Below, in pieces: positions 25,029 through 33,217 of a stretch of 64,000 nt of DNA. Each line of letters begins with the position of its first letter. Position 1 is the first letter of the stretch. This stretch comes from an uncultured Myxococcales bacterium (GTDB lineage: Bacteria > Myxococcota_A > Polyangia > Fen-1088): assembly GCA_964546845.1 (NCBI GenBank), contig CAZJMY010000424.1, positions 23,672 through 87,671 on the forward strand. Direction: 5' to 3'. Both the position numbers and the translations under genes were made by a program. A model generated the notes under the pieces. That model searched no databases and was not told the origin of the DNA. It saw only the letters and a list, made by a program, of their open reading frames with translations.

Positions 25029-25130
25029 GACTGGGATCCTTTCGGCGAACCGTGATGTTGAGATGTCCACTGATGCCTTCCCTACGCCGCCTGCTGCCGT
25101 CAGTTACGACCCGGCGGCTGGGGCGCATCC

Positions 25131-25697
25131 GTGGCAGACTTGCGCGCCGTGAGCGCGACGAACCGACAGGAACAAATGCTCGCCGAGCACCACCGGCAGT
25201 TCCTCGCCTTCCTCCGACCGCGCGTCGAGATCGACGCTGTTGCGGAGGACATCCTCCAGGATGCGTACGCGAAGAGTGTCAGCAGGTCGGCGGAAATCCG
25301 GGACGACGACAGTGTCGTGGCCTGGTTCTATCGGGTGCTACGAAACGCCGTCGTCGATCACTACCGCCGAGCAGGGGCGGACCGGAATACACGCGCCCGC
25401 TTCGAGACTGAGACCGAGGGATCGTTCGAGCCTGAGCTGCGCGACAACGTCTGCACCTGCGTCAGCTCCTTGCTCCCGGATCTGAAACCCGAATACGCCG
25501 ACATCCTCACCGCCGTCGACCTGAACGAGCGCTCGATCGGGGAGGTCGCGGCGGAGCGGGGGCTCACCGCCAACAACACCACCGTCCGGCTCCATCGAGC
25601 GCGCGCCGCTCTTCGTCGCCGGCTCGTAGACGTGTGCGGCGCATGCAGCGACCACGGCTGCATCGACTGTACCTGTCGAACGTCGCCACCGCGCTGA
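25131..25697 (+). CDS. ECF sigma-70 factor with C-terminal Cys-rich extension (CorE-like)
   Basis: Region 2 (AEDILQDAYAK...WFYRVLRNAVVDHYRR) and region 4 (LNERSIGEVAAERGLTANNTTVRLHRARAALRR), plus VCTC in the linker and CGACSDHGCIDCTC at the C-terminus. Start uncertain (GTG 25131 or ATG 25176). Confidence 0.85.
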   Translation: MADLRAVSATNRQEQMLAEHHRQFLAFLRPRVEIDAVAEDILQDAYAKSVSRSAEIRDDDSVVAWFYRVLRNAVVDHYRRAGADRNTRARFETETEGSFEPELRDNVCTCVSSLLPDLKPEYADILTAVDLNERSIGEVAAERGLTANNTTVRLHRARAALRRRLVDVCGACSDHGCIDCTCRTSPPR

Positions 25698-25699
25698 CT

Positions 25700-25745
25700 C
25701 TGCCGCGCCCTCGGTCAGTCGCAGCCTTTGCCCTTTCGGAGTGGC
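25700..25745 (+). repeat. ~45-nt intergenic motif, copy A (shared with 35630..35678)
   Basis: CTGCCGCGCCCTCGGTCAGTCGCAGCCTTTGCC begins 3 nt after the sigma gene stop. About 80% identical by eye to the sequence downstream of copA. Confidence 0.4.
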
Positions 25746-25751
25746 CTCCTG

Positions 25752-26540
25752 CTAGGCGCCCGATCTGTGCGCCCCGCCGACGGCGACCGTGCTCAAGAGA
25801 TCAGCGAAGGCGCGTGCGAGGTCCATGGTCGGCTCGGCGGCGAGCGCTGCGGCCGCTGCCTCCTCGATGCGGCAGCCGTCGAGCAGGCCCGTTCGCAGCG
25901 CGTGTTGGCCGGGTGAAAGGGCGCGGACGTAAGGACCACCCCCGTCGCAGGCGACTTCAAACAAACGTGGGCTCGCTTCGATGGCAAGCGGTCCGAAAAC
26001 GTCGTCGTTCTGATGCGAGCGCCAGATGTCGTCGATGGGCCAATCCGACTGCAGCAAACGCAGCGAGGGAACGAGGGGCAACTGCGCGTCAATCGAGAGC
26101 GCCGTTGCGCTCCTGCTCGCGGCCCAGGACAGGCTCGGTTCGGCCGGCGCCATGCATTCGTACGCCTGCTGCGCTTCGTGGAGCGCCCACTCGAGACGCG
26201 CGATGTCGACGAGATACGGAAGCCCGGCACACACAGGGAGAGCACCGATGCTAGCCGCGAGACCGTCGCCGTAGTGCGACAGCCTCGGATCGCGCGGGGG
26301 GGATCGGTCGATGTGGTGGCGCGCCAGCTGGCGGAAGAAGCCATCGCCGACCAGCCGGCGCGTCACCGGATAGACCTCGCCCAGCGCGAGCGTCAGCGAC
26401 TCGATGACGTGTTCGCGGTAAATTGCGAGGCGCTCATGGCTGCTGGCTGCGTCGTGCGCGAGCACTGCCGTGAGCTGCTCCATGTCTCCTCCCAGCACCG
26501 CAGCCTGGAGGAGCGCCTGGTTGCTGGCCGCGCGACTCAT
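25752..26540 (-). CDS. bufC: DUF2063-family protein (BufC/HvfC-like partner of DUF692)
   Basis: ATG at 26540 in an ATGA overlap with the DUF692 stop. ERLAIYREHV...YPVTRRLVGDGFF...LPYLVDIARLEWALHEA pattern. Confidence 0.8.
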   Translation of the reverse strand: MSRAASNQALLQAAVLGGDMEQLTAVLAHDAASSHERLAIYREHVIESLTLALGEVYPVTRRLVGDGFFRQLARHHIDRSPPRDPRLSHYGDGLAASIGALPVCAGLPYLVDIARLEWALHEAQQAYECMAPAEPSLSWAASRSATALSIDAQLPLVPSLRLLQSDWPIDDIWRSHQNDDVFGPLAIEASPRLFEVACDGGGPYVRALSPGQHALRTGLLDGCRIEEAAAAALAAEPTMDLARAFADLLSTVAVGGAHRSGA

Positions 26541-27361
26541 GAGGGAAGGTTGGTGGCGCCGGCGGCGACGGCGTCGGCGCGCCTGGCTTCCGCGAGCAAC
26601 GTCTGCAGATCCGGAATCCGCGTGTCCCACTCAACCAGCGTCGGGACATTGCCGAATCGACGTACGGCATCGGCATAGAGAGACAGCACCGCTGCCGGTA
26701 CGTGCGATCCGTGGTCGTCGATCAGCAGCGAGCCGGTGGCGAGGCGACGTTCGCAATGGCCGGCGAGGTGAATCTCGCCCACCGCGCCGCGGGGAAGTCC
26801 GTCGAGGTACGTCCGTGGATCGAAGCCGACGTTGAAGGCGGAGACAAAAACGTTGTTGACGTCGCACAACAATCCGCAGCCCGTCCGGCGCACCAGCTCG
26901 TGCAGGAATTGAGGCTCCGCCAGGCTGGAGTCCCGGAACGCGACGTAAAGTGAAGGGTTCTCGACCAGGATCGGCCTGCCCAGGCAATCTTGCAGGGCGT
27001 TGACCTTGGCCGTGACGATCGCCATCGTCTCTTCGTCATAGGTGATGGGGAGAAGGGCGTTCGTGAACACACCGCCGAGCCCCGCGAACGCGAGGTGCTC
27101 GGAGACCAACATCGGCTCCACGGCCTGCACCAGCTCGCGCAGCCGCGCCACATGCGCGGGGTCCAACCGCTCTGCCGAGCCCAGAGACAGCCCCACACCG
27201 TGTATGGAGATGGGATGCCGCTCCCGCAGCGTGAGCAACTTCCGGCGCGCGTCGCCGCGGTCCATGTAGTTCTCCGTATGGACTTCGAGCCACGCGGCGC
27301 CCGTCGCTCCCGCCACGAGGTCGTCGACGTGCGGCGCGCGCAAGCCGATACCGGCGTTCAT
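26537..27361 (-). CDS. bufB: DUF692 / MbnB-like iron enzyme (BufB/HvfB-like)
   Basis: GIGLRAPH...WLEVHTENY...ISIHGVGLSLGS...VSEHLAF...LLPITY...ILVENPSLY...CGLLCDVNNVFVS...EIHLAGH. The start directly abuts the precursor gene stop. Confidence 0.88.
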   Translation of the reverse strand: MNAGIGLRAPHVDDLVAGATGAAWLEVHTENYMDRGDARRKLLTLRERHPISIHGVGLSLGSAERLDPAHVARLRELVQAVEPMLVSEHLAFAGLGGVFTNALLPITYDEETMAIVTAKVNALQDCLGRPILVENPSLYVAFRDSSLAEPQFLHELVRRTGCGLLCDVNNVFVSAFNVGFDPRTYLDGLPRGAVGEIHLAGHCERRLATGSLLIDDHGSHVPAAVLSLYADAVRRFGNVPTLVEWDTRIPDLQTLLAEARRADAVAAGATNLPS

Positions 27362-27631
27362 CTATTTCTTCTCGGTCAGGTTACCGCCGACGATTTTCTG
27401 GCATGTGCCTGCCGGTACGTAGATCCAGCTTGCCGGGTCGCTGTCGACTTTCGACACATGACCGCAAGCGTGAGTCGACGTGTAGCAATCGTTTTGGCCG
27501 GCTCGCGAGACCCCATAGCACTTCTCGAACTTGTAGGTCGGTTTCTCGGGGTGGGTCTGGGCCATGGCCGCGGCGGCCACGCCGAGCGACAGAGCGCCGG
27601 CGATCGTCGATGCGAGAGCGTTGATCGTCAT
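27362..27631 (-). CDS. bufA: DUF2282 four-Cys precursor peptide (bufferin / HvfA-like)
   Basis: 89 aa. Sec signal ending AAMAQ. Core [23 protein letters not shown]...[12 protein letters not shown] with the four conserved Cys. The 219-aa track ORF is an extension. Confidence 0.85.
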   Translation of the reverse strand: MTINALASTIAGALSLGVAAAAMAQTHPEKPTYKFEKCYGVSRAGQNDCYTSTHACGHVSKVDSDPASWIYVPAGTCQKIVGGNLTEKK

Positions 27632-27678
27632 GTTCGTCTCCTGGTTGTTGTTCGGTCCCTCAATGATGGTGAATCGTG

Positions 27679-28863
27679 CTAGAGCTGTCCGCGGACGCCG
27701 AGGAGGAAGACTCCCCCTCTCGCTCGAGGCAGCAGCGACGCGATGCCGTCGTTCTCCGAAAGCGTGAATGCGTAGACAGCGGTGTACAGCCGGAGCCGGG
27801 TCTCGAGGCGATAAGAGGCACCGATCTCGGCTGCGTACAGCTCGTTCCTGCTCACCGAGCCGTCGCGCCTGTGCGCCTGCTGCACGAACCCACCGGCGTC
27901 CCACGGGCCGGACTCGCGGTTTACGCTGGCAGTGAATCCGTAACCGATGCTCGACGACGGATCGTCCAGCATGAGTGTTCGCCGAGCGTAGTCGAGCGAG
28001 CCGCTGGCGCCGACGATCCACTCGTCATTGACCACCAGGGTGATGCCGGCGTTTCCGGAGTGGAGGTCGCGCGGAAACCTGCCACCCGCGCCGTCGCTGA
28101 GCGTCTGATGCCCGAATCCGTAGCTTCCCCCGATGCGCAGCACGTTCTGGCCAAAGTAGCGCTCGTGGACGATTCCGGCCTGCGCCGAGGAGGCGTAGTC
28201 CGCGCCGAACGGTGTGGGGTCTGCATTGGTTGTCCCCGCGAGCCCGAGCTGCAGACCGAAGAAGCGCGGGGAGACGTATATGAGCTTCGGCGAGAAGTCA
28301 CCCGCGAACGCCGTCGCGATACCGAGATAACTGAGGCTTGCTACTGCCGTCGCCACCGCGGGTGCGAGCAATGCCGTTTGCAAGCCGCCATGCGGAAACA
28401 GGTTGAGGCCGGAAGGTGGACCGAACTCGACGCCGGTGAAGGTGTAGCTGTTGGGCGCGTAGCCAACCAGTGTGTCCGGCAGCCCCTGCCGATAGCCAAG
28501 TTCGAGGCGACCCCACGGGGTGCTCAGGACCAGGCTGCGGTCTCCCACGCCTACCGGCCCCTGTCCCACACTCTGGACGACCACCCGCGGGCCGAAGCTG
28601 AAGCCGCCGGGGGCCTCTATACGAAGGTATGTGCGTAGCGCGATGTCGGCGCGACCGCGAAGCGCGTGCTCGGGTCGCGGTCCCTTCAGCCCGTCGACGA
28701 CGCCTCCTGTGAGGTTCGCGAAGCCCTCGACGGTCGCTGCGAAGGGCCGCTCGTCGCCCGAGATCTGTGCCTCGACTGCTGCGGGACGAAGCAGCACGAA
28801 CATGGCCGCAGCAGCTGCGATCGAGACCGCGAGGTCTCCCCTACAAACGCGAACATTTGGCAT
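27679..28863 (-). CDS. porin-like outer-membrane beta-barrel protein
   Basis: ATG at 28863 gives a signal peptide. Alternating beta-strand pattern rich in G/Y/F/R/D with frequent YGF / GxSY motifs. Function inferred from composition only. Confidence 0.55.
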   Translation of the reverse strand: MPNVRVCRGDLAVSIAAAAAMFVLLRPAAVEAQISGDERPFAATVEGFANLTGGVVDGLKGPRPEHALRGRADIALRTYLRIEAPGGFSFGPRVVVQSVGQGPVGVGDRSLVLSTPWGRLELGYRQGLPDTLVGYAPNSYTFTGVEFGPPSGLNLFPHGGLQTALLAPAVATAVASLSYLGIATAFAGDFSPKLIYVSPRFFGLQLGLAGTTNADPTPFGADYASSAQAGIVHERYFGQNVLRIGGSYGFGHQTLSDGAGGRFPRDLHSGNAGITLVVNDEWIVGASGSLDYARRTLMLDDPSSSIGYGFTASVNRESGPWDAGGFVQQAHRRDGSVSRNELYAAEIGASYRLETRLRLYTAVYAFTLSENDGIASLLPRARGGVFLLGVRGQL

Positions 28864-29143
28864 TTGGCATCCTGGCCTCTCACGGGCCGTAGCCAATACG
28901 CCGGGTGAGCCCGGAGTTACGCCTCGACCCAAAATCGCCAGGAGAATGTCCGCCACCCTGCCGAACCGGAGCACGGGCGCAGCTCAAACGCCGAGCTCGG
29001 GTTGCTCGCGAGCAGCGGTTTCGGACGCCCGCATGGATGCAAGGCCTGAGTGGGCATGAGCGCGGCGGAGACGCCGTATCGCCAGCGAGTACGTGCCCGG
29101 ACCGAGCTCCCGTCGCGTCCGGGCGCCTCTACACGCCGCGCTC

Positions 29144-30697
29144 CTACCGGCCGAGCGCGTACTTGACGAAGTCTCTCAGGGCGTACTCCACTTTGGCAGG
29201 ATGCCAGTGAGGGTCGAGATTCAGTAGCGAGTTGGGATCGCCGAAAAGGAGCCCGAGGAATACCTCCGCGACGATGCGACCGCCGACGGGCCCCAGTTGC
29301 GGAGTGTTGACCGAGCCACCACCCGTCACCGGAATGGGCGTGGACACCTTGAAGTGCATCGCCTCCGCGAGGATGTACGTCCACAAGGGGCAGTTGTGCG
29401 CGAATGGTCTCAGGGCGGGTATCGAGGCGATGCTGCCAAGTGGCTGGTCCGGCTTGTCCACGGCCTTTCCGATGAGGATCTCTTCATCCCTGAGAACCGT
29501 GACCCCCATGGCCCGCGCGACGGCCTGTCCGGAAGGTAGTCCCAGGCGGAGGCCACGCTCCAGGTTTCGCACTGCGAGCGAAGATGGAGTGCTGGCCACC
29601 GCGGCTGGGAGGTTGTTTAGGGGGGTCACGAGGGATGTGTCGATCCGATAGGCGAATTGCAGCCGGCGTGCATTTTCCTCCAGCTGTGCCTGGGTCGGCG
29701 CCTCGCCCTCGGGCGTCTTCCCGTCGTCGCCGAGGGCGACTCCCGGGGCCCTGGTCTCGAGGTCGATCATCCGCCCCCAGTCGATACCCCCGTCGGGAAT
29801 CATGGCCTGGAACCCCGTCAGACCCTCGGGAAAGCCAGTCACTGGGAAGATCGGCCGCAAGACATTGTCGTTGAGGCGATAACCGGGACGGATCATCGAA
29901 TGACCGAGCCGGTACGCGGCGGCGGAGAATTCGACCGGCATGAACGGCTCGTGCTTCCAGTGGAAGAATTCGAGACGCGACCTGTCGTAATTCTTGCCTG
30001 ACTTCAGGCTGTTCAACACCGCCGGATGGACGATGCGCGGCAGGAAGTCGTTCAAGACGACATATTGATAGTGGAACCGCACCAGCTCTTGAATCTCGGC
30101 GAACGGCCGACCCGGGTTGTCCTTCAGCGTTCGATTGTGAAACCGCAAGAACAGACCGTGCAGCTGCGATACGATGCTGTTTTCGTCGTTCCGCGGATCT
30201 CCTATCAAGGCTCGGGCCGGCGTCGCACCGTTCCGAGGCAGGTCCTGGGCCCCGGGATCTCCACCGGTGATTGCGGCTCCAAGGAGGAATCCGTCGTTTC
30301 CATCGTACAGGTAGGGCTGGTCGTCCGGGCCACGTCCGTAGACGCTGTCCAGGTCGAAGGCGGGGGTGCGGAAGTCGACCAACGCGTCAGGGTCGTTTTG
30401 TTTCTGCAAGCTGCTCGCTGGATCGAACGTGATGTCGTGATCGATGAACTGCCCGAGGTACGTGTAGAGCGCCGGAATGCCGCTCTCTTCGTCGTCGGGG
30501 CCGTCCTTCGGAGGATCATCCAGCGTCGGCGACATCGCGGCGCCGAGAGTCCTCAGGTTGGCGATGCTGTCAGCATCGCCCCGGCCGAAATGTGCCGGCG
30601 GCAGGGAACGAAACATGCGCCCGAAACGCCCGTTGAAGGACGCCGAGCGGCCGGATGACATCAACCCGCGCAATGGTAATCCGTGTCGTGCACTCAT
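29144..30697 (-). CDS. animal-haem-peroxidase-family (peroxidase-cyclooxygenase superfamily) enzyme
   Basis: ATG at 30697 with GGAGG RBS. YLGQFIDHDITFD (distal His), GDPRNDEN, AAYRLGHSMIRP (proximal His). No signal peptide seen. The 738-aa track ORF is an extension. Confidence 0.85.
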   Translation of the reverse strand: MSARHGLPLRGLMSSGRSASFNGRFGRMFRSLPPAHFGRGDADSIANLRTLGAAMSPTLDDPPKDGPDDEESGIPALYTYLGQFIDHDITFDPASSLQKQNDPDALVDFRTPAFDLDSVYGRGPDDQPYLYDGNDGFLLGAAITGGDPGAQDLPRNGATPARALIGDPRNDENSIVSQLHGLFLRFHNRTLKDNPGRPFAEIQELVRFHYQYVVLNDFLPRIVHPAVLNSLKSGKNYDRSRLEFFHWKHEPFMPVEFSAAAYRLGHSMIRPGYRLNDNVLRPIFPVTGFPEGLTGFQAMIPDGGIDWGRMIDLETRAPGVALGDDGKTPEGEAPTQAQLEENARRLQFAYRIDTSLVTPLNNLPAAVASTPSSLAVRNLERGLRLGLPSGQAVARAMGVTVLRDEEILIGKAVDKPDQPLGSIASIPALRPFAHNCPLWTYILAEAMHFKVSTPIPVTGGGSVNTPQLGPVGGRIVAEVFLGLLFGDPNSLLNLDPHWHPAKVEYALRDFVKYALGR

Positions 30698-30888
30698 AGG
30701 AACCTCCTGCTGTTTTCCGACGTTCGGTGGTCGTTGGGACAACGTCCGTGGTGTCTCGGCGGTCGATGGCGCGTCGGCCGGTTCGCGCTGATCATCCAGT
30801 CGGGCAGAGCAGCGGCGGATGCGGGCCGCCCTGCCTTCCCCGGCTGGCCGTAGCGCCCCCACCAGCCCCGTGACCCTGCGCGAAAACG

Positions 30889-31641
30889 TCACACATCGAA
30901 CACGAGCTGTTCTCTCGCGCGCGCGAGCCGCTTTTGGGCCATCGCGACGTAGTCGGCGTTCATTTCCCATCCGAGGAAGCGGCGCCCGAGGCGGATGGCT
31001 GCCACGCCCGTGGTCCCGGAGCCCGCGAACGGGTCGACGATCAGCTCGCCCGGATTCGAGAACAAGCGAACGAGAGTCTCCATGAGGGCGAGCGGCTTCT
31101 GAGTCTGGTGACCGGTGCGCACGTCGCCGCCCTTGTTCACAATGAACACTCCATGGGAGCCGCCGCCGTTCCAGGCGCTCCGGCCGGGCGCGTGGCACGC
31201 CACGATCGACTCGTACCCGATCCCCGGGCGATCTCCCGAGTACTGCGGCTTGCCGTCCGGCTTGATCCACAGGCAGGTCCGCTTGTAGACAGCGCCGCCG
31301 CCCTCCAGCGCGGCACGCCACTTCATCGCCGCCTCGACTTGGCAAAAGACCAAGATCCACCGCCGCGCGAGGCGCGCCATTTGGCGCGCCGACTCGGCGC
31401 GCAGCTCCTCGGTAATCGGGGGGAACGTCAGGGGCTCGATCTCCAACCTACCGCCCGCCCGCGCCACGAGACGCTGGCTCGTGTGGGCCTCGGCTTCGTA
31501 AGGGGGATCGGTTATGACGACGTCCGCGGAGCCGTCCGGGAGCGACGACAAACCGGCCAAGCAGTCGCCCTCGGAAAGGGACCACGCCTGTGGCTCTCTG
31601 ACATCCGTTGCGGGCCGGCGCGTCCTGACCGAATTGGACAT
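30889..31641 (-). CDS. beta-class N6-adenine/N4-cytosine DNA methyltransferase (orphan)
   Basis: Motif IV VITDPPY precedes motif I VDPFAGSGTTGVAA (beta-class order). 250 aa. No adjacent endonuclease. Confidence 0.85.
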   Translation of the reverse strand: MSNSVRTRRPATDVREPQAWSLSEGDCLAGLSSLPDGSADVVITDPPYEAEAHTSQRLVARAGGRLEIEPLTFPPITEELRAESARQMARLARRWILVFCQVEAAMKWRAALEGGGAVYKRTCLWIKPDGKPQYSGDRPGIGYESIVACHAPGRSAWNGGGSHGVFIVNKGGDVRTGHQTQKPLALMETLVRLFSNPGELIVDPFAGSGTTGVAAIRLGRRFLGWEMNADYVAMAQKRLARAREQLVFDV

Positions 31642-31752
31642 TCGGACGGGAAAAGCGGAGCCAACAAGGGGTTTGTGACCACCCCTCGAGAACGCGCCCC
31701 TCCCCTTGGCATCTGGCCGAGACAGTTCCGGCGGGCGCTAAGAATGATCGGT

Positions 31753-32256
31753 CTAGCCGGCGTGTTGCTTCCGCCATCCGTAAGCGGTTACGCCGCGTGG
31801 CTTGTAGACGGACAGCGCGGTTGCCGCTAACAAGACGAGAACGGCAGCGATCGCGTCTCCGAGGAGCTGGATCCGAACGCTCCGTAGATCCCCGGCCGAC
31901 AGGGTCATCTCGGCCGCGGCCCGGGCGACGCCGCCGATCGGCTGGGTGTGCAGCAAGAGGAGCCCGCTCGCGAGGAGATTCAAGATCAGCTTCGCGAGCA
32001 CCCAGTAGTGGCGGAACAGACCCCACGGCGTGCCGAGCGCCTGGACGACGCCCGTCACCAGAGACGCGAAGCTCGCCGGTACAATCACCCACCAGGTGAC
32101 AGTGCTCGCCGCCAAATACGACGCCCTGACGGTCGCAGGATCCGGGCTCGCGAGACCGGCCCAGGCGAGCGCGAGGAATGTCACCACGGCGCCCAGCCAC
32201 CCGACGGAGCAGGTGACGTGCAGGGTGAGGAACAGCTTTCGGACCCCGGGGCGCAT
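31753..32256 (-). CDS. integral membrane protein (four predicted TM helices)
   Basis: Track ORF with four long hydrophobic segments. Family not recognised with confidence. Confidence 0.55.
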   Translation of the reverse strand: MRPGVRKLFLTLHVTCSVGWLGAVVTFLALAWAGLASPDPATVRASYLAASTVTWWVIVPASFASLVTGVVQALGTPWGLFRHYWVLAKLILNLLASGLLLLHTQPIGGVARAAAEMTLSAGDLRSVRIQLLGDAIAAVLVLLAATALSVYKPRGVTAYGWRKQHAG

Positions 32257-32261
32257 CGCTG

Positions 32262-32447
32262 TCAGCGAGAGCTCTTGGGCAGTTCAGCCCCAGGAACCGG
32301 GGGGCCACCATAGGAGCTGAACGGCGCGTGGTGCCGAAAGCCGCCGCCAGCCAGGTGAATCACGGCGAACACCACGACGAACGCCACAGCCAGAACGCCG
32401 CAGACCTTCACCCAGCGCGGGGCTCCCGGATACGGTTGTCGCTCCAT
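32262..32447 (-). CDS. small single-TM protein
   Basis: ATG at 32447 (the track start at 32483 is TTG). The stop lies 5 nt before the next gene. TM helix VCGVLAVAFVVVFAVIHLAGG. Confidence 0.4.
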   Translation of the reverse strand: MERQPYPGAPRWVKVCGVLAVAFVVVFAVIHLAGGGFRHHAPFSSYGGPPVPGAELPKSSR

Positions 32448-32516
32448 GGGGATCGGTTTTACGATACAAAGTGTCGCTATCAATTCACTGTGTCTCTCTT
32501 TTTCTTGGGTCGGCCG

Positions 32517-32522
32517 TATAAT
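32517..32522 (+). promoter_or_regulatory. consensus -10 hexamer TATAAT 6 nt upstream of the TetR GTG start (possible leaderless transcript)
   Basis: A perfect TATAAT in an otherwise very GC-rich intergenic region. No convincing -35 found. Confidence 0.25.
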
Positions 32523-32528
32523 GCAACC

Positions 32529-33098
32529 GTGCCGCGGCTATGGAACGACACCATCGAGACTCACCGGCGTGAGGTGCGCGACGCTATCCTGCAGACGACG
32601 GCCTCGCTCGCCAGCAAGCACGGGCTCACCGCCGTCACCGTGTCCCAGATCGCCGAGGAGACGGGGATCGGTCGCGCCACGCTCTACAAATATTTCCCCG
32701 ACGTAGAGGCCATCCTCGTCGCCTGGCACGACCAACACGTCGAGGCGCACCTCGAACATCTCGCTCGCCTCATTGACCAGCCGGGGAGCGCGGGCGAGCG
32801 GCTCCAGAGCGTCCTGTCGATGTACGCGCGCATTCAACACGAGCGCCACGGCTACCAATTCTCTCCGCTCGTCCACCGCGGCGAGCACGTCGCCCTCGCG
32901 GAGCAGAAGCTTCGGACGTTCCTGCGGGAGCTCATCGCAAAGGCTGCCAAGACCGGCGAGGTGCGTGACGACCTGGCGCCAGACGAGCTCGCCGGGTACT
33001 GCCTGCACGCGCTCTCAGGCGCGGGTGGTCTGCCTTCGCAGGCCGCCGTCCAGCGGCTGGTCAAGGTGACCCTGGCCGGCCTCCGGCCCGCGCGCTAG
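32529..33098 (+). CDS. TetR-family transcriptional regulator
   Basis: GTG start in the frame of track ORF 32328..33098. [30 protein letters not shown]. 189 aa. Confidence 0.85.
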   Translation: MPRLWNDTIETHRREVRDAILQTTASLASKHGLTAVTVSQIAEETGIGRATLYKYFPDVEAILVAWHDQHVEAHLEHLARLIDQPGSAGERLQSVLSMYARIQHERHGYQFSPLVHRGEHVALAEQKLRTFLRELIAKAAKTGEVRDDLAPDELAGYCLHALSGAGGLPSQAAVQRLVKVTLAGLRPAR

Positions 33099-33217
33099 GT
33101 GCCCGCAGAGTCGGCACGGGCCTCGGTCAAAGGCATGGAGTATGCACCGGGTGTAAGGCCGCAAGGCCGAGCGCGTCTCCTAGTAGTGAAACGGAGAGCG
33201 GAAAAGGAGATCGCGAG

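Noticed and set aside
25029-25130. ECF-type promoter (GGAAC-like -35 / CGT-like -10) in the divergent region next to the sigma gene
   Set aside because: Only a weak GAACC with no properly spaced -10 partner was found. That is not enough to call a promoter by eye.
29144-31360. 738-aa track ORF extending the peroxidase upstream
   Set aside because: The first ~221 aa are low-complexity Arg/Gly/Pro sequence overlapping the methyltransferase gene. The ATG at 30697 has a GGAGG RBS and precedes the recognisable peroxidase domain.
32484-32516. TetR operator palindrome (CGATAC-AAA-GTGTCG) upstream of the TetR gene
   Set aside because: The 6-bp arms have one mismatch and part of the repeat lies inside the possible 5-prime end of the divergent small gene. 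It is too short to distinguish from chance.
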